From positions 352,001 to 416,000 of the forward strand of contig CAXBMO010000003.1 of the NCBI GenBank assembly GCA_963977015.1: a stretch of 64,000 nucleotides of DNA, read 5' to 3'. The translations under genes and the position numbers were made by a program. The DNA is from an uncultured bacterium. GTDB lineage: Bacteria > Verrucomicrobiota > Verrucomicrobiia > Verrucomicrobiales > DEV007. The notes under the pieces were generated by a model that worked only from the letters and a program-made list of their open reading frames with translations, was not told the origin of the DNA and searched no databases. Shown here in pieces: positions 60,520-64,000 of the stretch (position 1 is the first letter of the stretch; the number at the start of each line of letters is the position of its first letter).

Positions 60520-62436
60520 ATGCTCAAGAAATTTCTCAAACGCGGCGCGATCTTCTTCGGGGGATTGATTCTTCTCCTCGCGATCATCCTTTTCCTCTCC
60601 CGCGACTACCTGTCTGCCACCCTAACGAAGAAAATCGACTCCACCTTGGCTGAGCAGGGAGTCCATCTCACCTACACCACCACCGATTTCGATATTTTCA
60701 CCGGACTGGGCCTCGAAGACCTCACGCTCTACGAATCCGCAGCACGAGAGACGCCCGTCATCGCGCTCTCCAACATCGCGGTGGGATACAAGCTGGCGGA
60801 TTTGGTCTTTTCGCCGACAAAGCGATCGGCAGTTCTCCAGGTGGAGGATTCCACGCTGACGGCTTATCACGAAGGAGAGGCCTACCGACTCGAGAAGCTC
60901 AATGGGTCTGTGAGTGTCTCGCAAACTGAAGTCGATATCGCAGACCTCACCGCACAACTGTTTGGCCTGGATTTGGATGTGGCAGGCAACATCAAGATGG
61001 CGAGTTCGAAAGCGGCGAGCACGTCCAAACCAGATGTTTCGTCCGAAGATGATGACAAGACTCCCTACGAGGGCCTGGACCTCAGTCCCATTGCCGCATT
61101 GGCTGACGCCATGAAATTGAAGGCTGAAGGCGAAGCGCCCAAGCTAACCGCCCGCTTCACCGTCAACGAAGACCAAACGGTCGAAGCGAAAACCACCTTT
61201 TCCGGGAAGAAGTTTTCCTGGGACGGCGTCCCGATCGACTCGCTGACCGCAGAAGTCGAAGTTGAGAACGGCGCGAACGCTCCAATCCTGACCATCAAAC
61301 GTCTCGAACTCCAGTATGCGGGACGGCCACTCAAAGCGGAAGGGTCCTTTGATCTCGATACGGAAGTCTTCGCGCTTAAGAGTCTCGATTCCAAAATTGA
61401 CCTGATGAAACTTGCTTCGCACTTCGAAGAGAGTGGCGATACCAGCATGCTGCGATTCCTGGAGCCTCCGAATCTGGTCGCAAGCGGAACGATTCCGATT
61501 GCCGAGATTGATAAGGCGGTGATTACCGGCAGCGCAAATTGCCCTCAAGGAGTCGAAATCGCCTTCAAGGAGGATCAGAAATTGGTCATCAGTAATGTCA
61601 CAACCACGTTTTCCCTTTCCGAAGGCCTCCTCAAACTCCCAGACCTTTCTTCCAACGTCCTGGGCGGCGCCACCAAGATTAACATGAGTCTCAAGCCGTT
61701 CTCCAAAGTTCCCTACATGGACGGCACGTTCGCCTTGGAGAAGCTTTCGTTGGCCGAAATTGCGAAGTTTGCGGGTCAGGCGAATGACAAGGTTGGAACC
61801 CTCAGCGCTTCATTCACCGGCGCAGGTGAACCCGATCTCAAGAAATTGAACGGCACCGGTAACCTCGAGATTTCTGAAGCACATTTCGTTTCGATCCCAA
61901 TTTTCCGGAAAATTTTGCCGGTCCTCTCCGCCTTTGCGTTGAAGCCCTTCAACGGCAATAGCAAAGGAACTTCCGTGACGGCAACTTTTGCGCTGAAGGA
62001 CGCGCAACTCACGACCAGTGATGTTCAGCTCCTTTCCGGAATCTATGGGGTCGATGGAACGGCTGATGTGAATTTCGCCACGGAAACCCTGGCCGCGACG
62101 GCGAGCGTGAAGCCCAATGGTCCCATGAAAGTGATTTCAAAGCTCTCTGAACGGACGATCGACATTGAGGCATCCGGAACCTTCGACAACTATGATTGGC
62201 GGGTGAAAAATATTCCAGGAGTTGACCGGGTCAGCACACTTGCCGGGGTGCCTCAGGAGAAACTGGGAGATATGCTCCAGAAATTGGGGATCGAGGAGGG
62301 TTCCGCGTCTAAAACAGCTCAGGACATCATCAAGGCAACGGAGAGCATCCCATTCCTGAAGGGGCTTAACAAGAAACTGAACCTCAATCCGACAGCAGAG
62401 GAAGAGGCTCCACCGAAGGCCACAAAACCGGAATAA
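60520..62436 (+). CDS. AsmA-like family protein
   Basis: N-terminal TM anchor, beta-rich body, L.G.G.L.I..A and ATF.L.D AsmA-like C-terminus. Confidence 0.7.
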   Translation: MLKKFLKRGAIFFGGLILLLAIILFLSRDYLSATLTKKIDSTLAEQGVHLTYTTTDFDIFTGLGLEDLTLYESAARETPVIALSNIAVGYKLADLVFSPTKRSAVLQVEDSTLTAYHEGEAYRLEKLNGSVSVSQTEVDIADLTAQLFGLDLDVAGNIKMASSKAASTSKPDVSSEDDDKTPYEGLDLSPIAALADAMKLKAEGEAPKLTARFTVNEDQTVEAKTTFSGKKFSWDGVPIDSLTAEVEVENGANAPILTIKRLELQYAGRPLKAEGSFDLDTEVFALKSLDSKIDLMKLASHFEESGDTSMLRFLEPPNLVASGTIPIAEIDKAVITGSANCPQGVEIAFKEDQKLVISNVTTTFSLSEGLLKLPDLSSNVLGGATKINMSLKPFSKVPYMDGTFALEKLSLAEIAKFAGQANDKVGTLSASFTGAGEPDLKKLNGTGNLEISEAHFVSIPIFRKILPVLSAFALKPFNGNSKGTSVTATFALKDAQLTTSDVQLLSGIYGVDGTADVNFATETLAATASVKPNGPMKVISKLSERTIDIEASGTFDNYDWRVKNIPGVDRVSTLAGVPQEKLGDMLQKLGIEEGSASKTAQDIIKATESIPFLKGLNKKLNLNPTAEEEAPPKATKPE

Positions 62437-62442
62437 CCGCCG

Positions 62443-63036
62443 CTATCGACGGACAACGCGAGTTCCGCTCAAATGATCATGGAGGGTGCGGCGTTGACCA
62501 TCGAACAGCGCCGTCAGGTAGCCAAGGCCCAGGATCAGAACCGTCAGGGACTCGGACCAGGAACGCCCAAATGCCTTCCCAAAGTTGAGGGAATCCCCTT
62601 TATCGTCCACGACGCGGGAGCCCATGAGCCACTTGCCCCAGGTGTTGGCGCGCAGAAACGTATTGTAGTTGAACCAGGTGAACCAAACTCCGATAAATCC
62701 GAACACCCCTACTGCGATGGCGGGTGCCCACTGCGGGCCTTCAGGAAGTTTGGCGATCAGCCCAATCGATGCCGCGTAAAACACGACGGAACAAATCAGG
62801 AGGTCAATCCCTTTGGCGACAAACCGTCGTCCTCTTCCCGCCAGCATCATGCCAGGAACCTGGACCATCGGCACATTGACCACGTTCTCGTGAATCGGGT
62901 TTACCAACTCCATTTGATCGGGAATCGCCTCAGCCTGCGCCCCAAGTTCAAACAAGGGCCGATCCTCCCCTCCGGAGCCTAACTCAAAGAGTGGCCGTTC
63001 CTCGGTTTCACCGTAATCTGGATTTGAATCGTTCAT
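62443..63036 (-). CDS. RDD family membrane protein
   Basis: RRFVA..ID, T.GK..MG.RVV, RRTLHD..SGT.VV. Confidence 0.88.
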   Translation of the reverse strand: MNDSNPDYGETEERPLFELGSGGEDRPLFELGAQAEAIPDQMELVNPIHENVVNVPMVQVPGMMLAGRGRRFVAKGIDLLICSVVFYAASIGLIAKLPEGPQWAPAIAVGVFGFIGVWFTWFNYNTFLRANTWGKWLMGSRVVDDKGDSLNFGKAFGRSWSESLTVLILGLGYLTALFDGQRRTLHDHLSGTRVVRR

Positions 63037-63288
63037 CTATCCACCCTGGACCGGGGGCATGATCGCGATCTCCTGACCATCTCGAAGTTCAGTTTCGCGA
63101 TCCACATAATCCATATCGGCAGCCACCAGCAAATTTGTGTCCCAATCGCGAAGTTTCGGATAATCGGCGTAAAGGCGTTCCAAAAGGCCTCCCACGGTCC
63201 ACGATTTTTTCGCCGGCAATTCCAACTGGAATTGCTCGCGACCAACGACGTCACGCAAAATGGAGAAAAACAGGACCTGAAGTTTCAT
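63037..63288 (-). CDS. moaD: MoaD/ThiS family sulfur carrier
   Basis: V.FF..LRD.VG ... L.DG.EIAIMPPVQGG with C-terminal GG; start set at MKLQVLFF. Confidence 0.88.
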   Translation of the reverse strand: MKLQVLFFSILRDVVGREQFQLELPAKKSWTVGGLLERLYADYPKLRDWDTNLLVAADMDYVDRETELRDGQEIAIMPPVQGG

Positions 63289-63484
63289 GGGTTCTTGGCG
63301 GGAACTCCACTTTACGCAGGATCCGGATCGGGGCAACTCTCCCCCTCCTCCCTTCAAGCTCCACTGACACGATGCACCAAGCTGAAGAGACCGGGCAAGT
63401 GGGCTTGATATCGATTGGAGCATCCCCATTTTCGACGCCCCGTAGCTGGGAATCATTCGCGAAAGGAAGGGGCTTCCGGGTATC

Positions 63485-63523
63485 AAAAAACCGCTCCCCA
63501 ATTGAGATCAGAGAGCGGTTTTT
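63485..63523. terminator. Intrinsic terminator, possibly bidirectional, downstream of the last minus-strand gene
   Basis: AAAAAACCGCTC...GAGCGGTTTTT inverted repeat with A/T tails on both sides. Confidence 0.7.
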
Positions 63524-63562
63524 GGTTCTGAAATTTTGCGGGGTGAGCCTCGCGCTCCCGAT

Positions 63563-64000
63563 CTACTTGAGTCCGCTCTTGATCATTTCTGCGAACGGCT
63601 CCCGGGCTTCATCTGCGACAGCGGCAGGAGCAGTCATTTTCACAAATACCAAACGCCCATCATCGGTCGGCAGGATGGCGCCAAGCATCCGATAGTTCTC
63701 TTTGGGCTTTTTGGAAGTGGCTGGGGCCATTGGCGGTCCGTCGAGGTAGACCCCGCTGAGGATGACAATCACGCCACCACCTTCCAACTTCTCACGTTCC
63801 TCTTCCGGTGGAGCCGCGAACTGCCCCTTCCAACGGGCAATATTTTGCTCAAGCGTACCACCGAAGACAAAAAACGCAGCCGAGGGATCATCATCGCCTT
63901 CGGCATCGAAGAGCAATTCCGCGGACCGCATGGGGCTGCTCGGTTGTTGGGAGGTCCATTTTTCGCCAAGATCAAACGTGTATTGAGAGACTTCGATCGT
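63563..64000 (-). CDS. Hypothetical protein (5' truncated by window edge)
   Basis: Frame open to 64000; W..QQPSSPMR.AE...GG..EQNI.RW.GQF...FVKMT.P pattern. Confidence 0.7.
   Translation of the reverse strand, partial: TIEVSQYTFDLGEKWTSQQPSSPMRSAELLFDAEGDDDPSAAFFVFGGTLEQNIARWKGQFAAPPEEEREKLEGGGVIVILSGVYLDGPPMAPATSKKPKENYRMLGAILPTDDGRLVFVKMTAPAAVADEAREPFAEMIKSGLK

Noticed and set aside
63289-63501. N-terminal extension of moaD, or a Moco riboswitch in its leader
   Set aside because: The extension runs into a terminator and is not MoaD-like; I could not find Moco RNA consensus elements
1-64000. CRISPR arrays, tRNA/rRNA genes, IS elements
   Set aside because: No periodic repeats, cloverleaf/T-loop motifs or transposase ORFs seen on manual reading; tRNAscan-SE or Infernal would be decisive

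Overview
Gene-dense 64-kb chromosomal segment, most likely from a Verrucomicrobiales (PVC superphylum) bacterium. That inference rests on a MurC-MurB fusion, a PVC-type heme-binding dehydrogenase, a DUF1549/DUF1553 protein, tandem PilB/GspE ATPases and five sulfatase domains. Housekeeping content: type IV pilus/T2SS genes, rpoN, tadA, panD, purM-purF-purD, a short dcw fragment (ftsW-murG-murC/B-ddl), hemW, proS, rpsU, glpK and moaD. I saw no rRNA, tRNA, CRISPR array or mobile element. The most notable non-ORF feature is a SAM-I/IV-type riboswitch (about 50979-51142) whose helices and pseudoknot can be paired by eye. It precedes not a methionine/SAM gene but an 80-aa basic protein resembling a stand-alone integrase arm-type DNA-binding domain, and lies divergent from a radical-SAM aminomutase. 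A second theme is long intact ORFs with altered catalytic motifs: a C-A-T-TE NRPS degenerate in every domain, a sulfatase, a DpaA/YafK L,D-transpeptidase and an HrgA-like nuclease. There is also a 1567-aa DUF1080-dehydrogenase-cytochrome c-sulfatase fusion. All family assignments come from motif recognition, not database searches.
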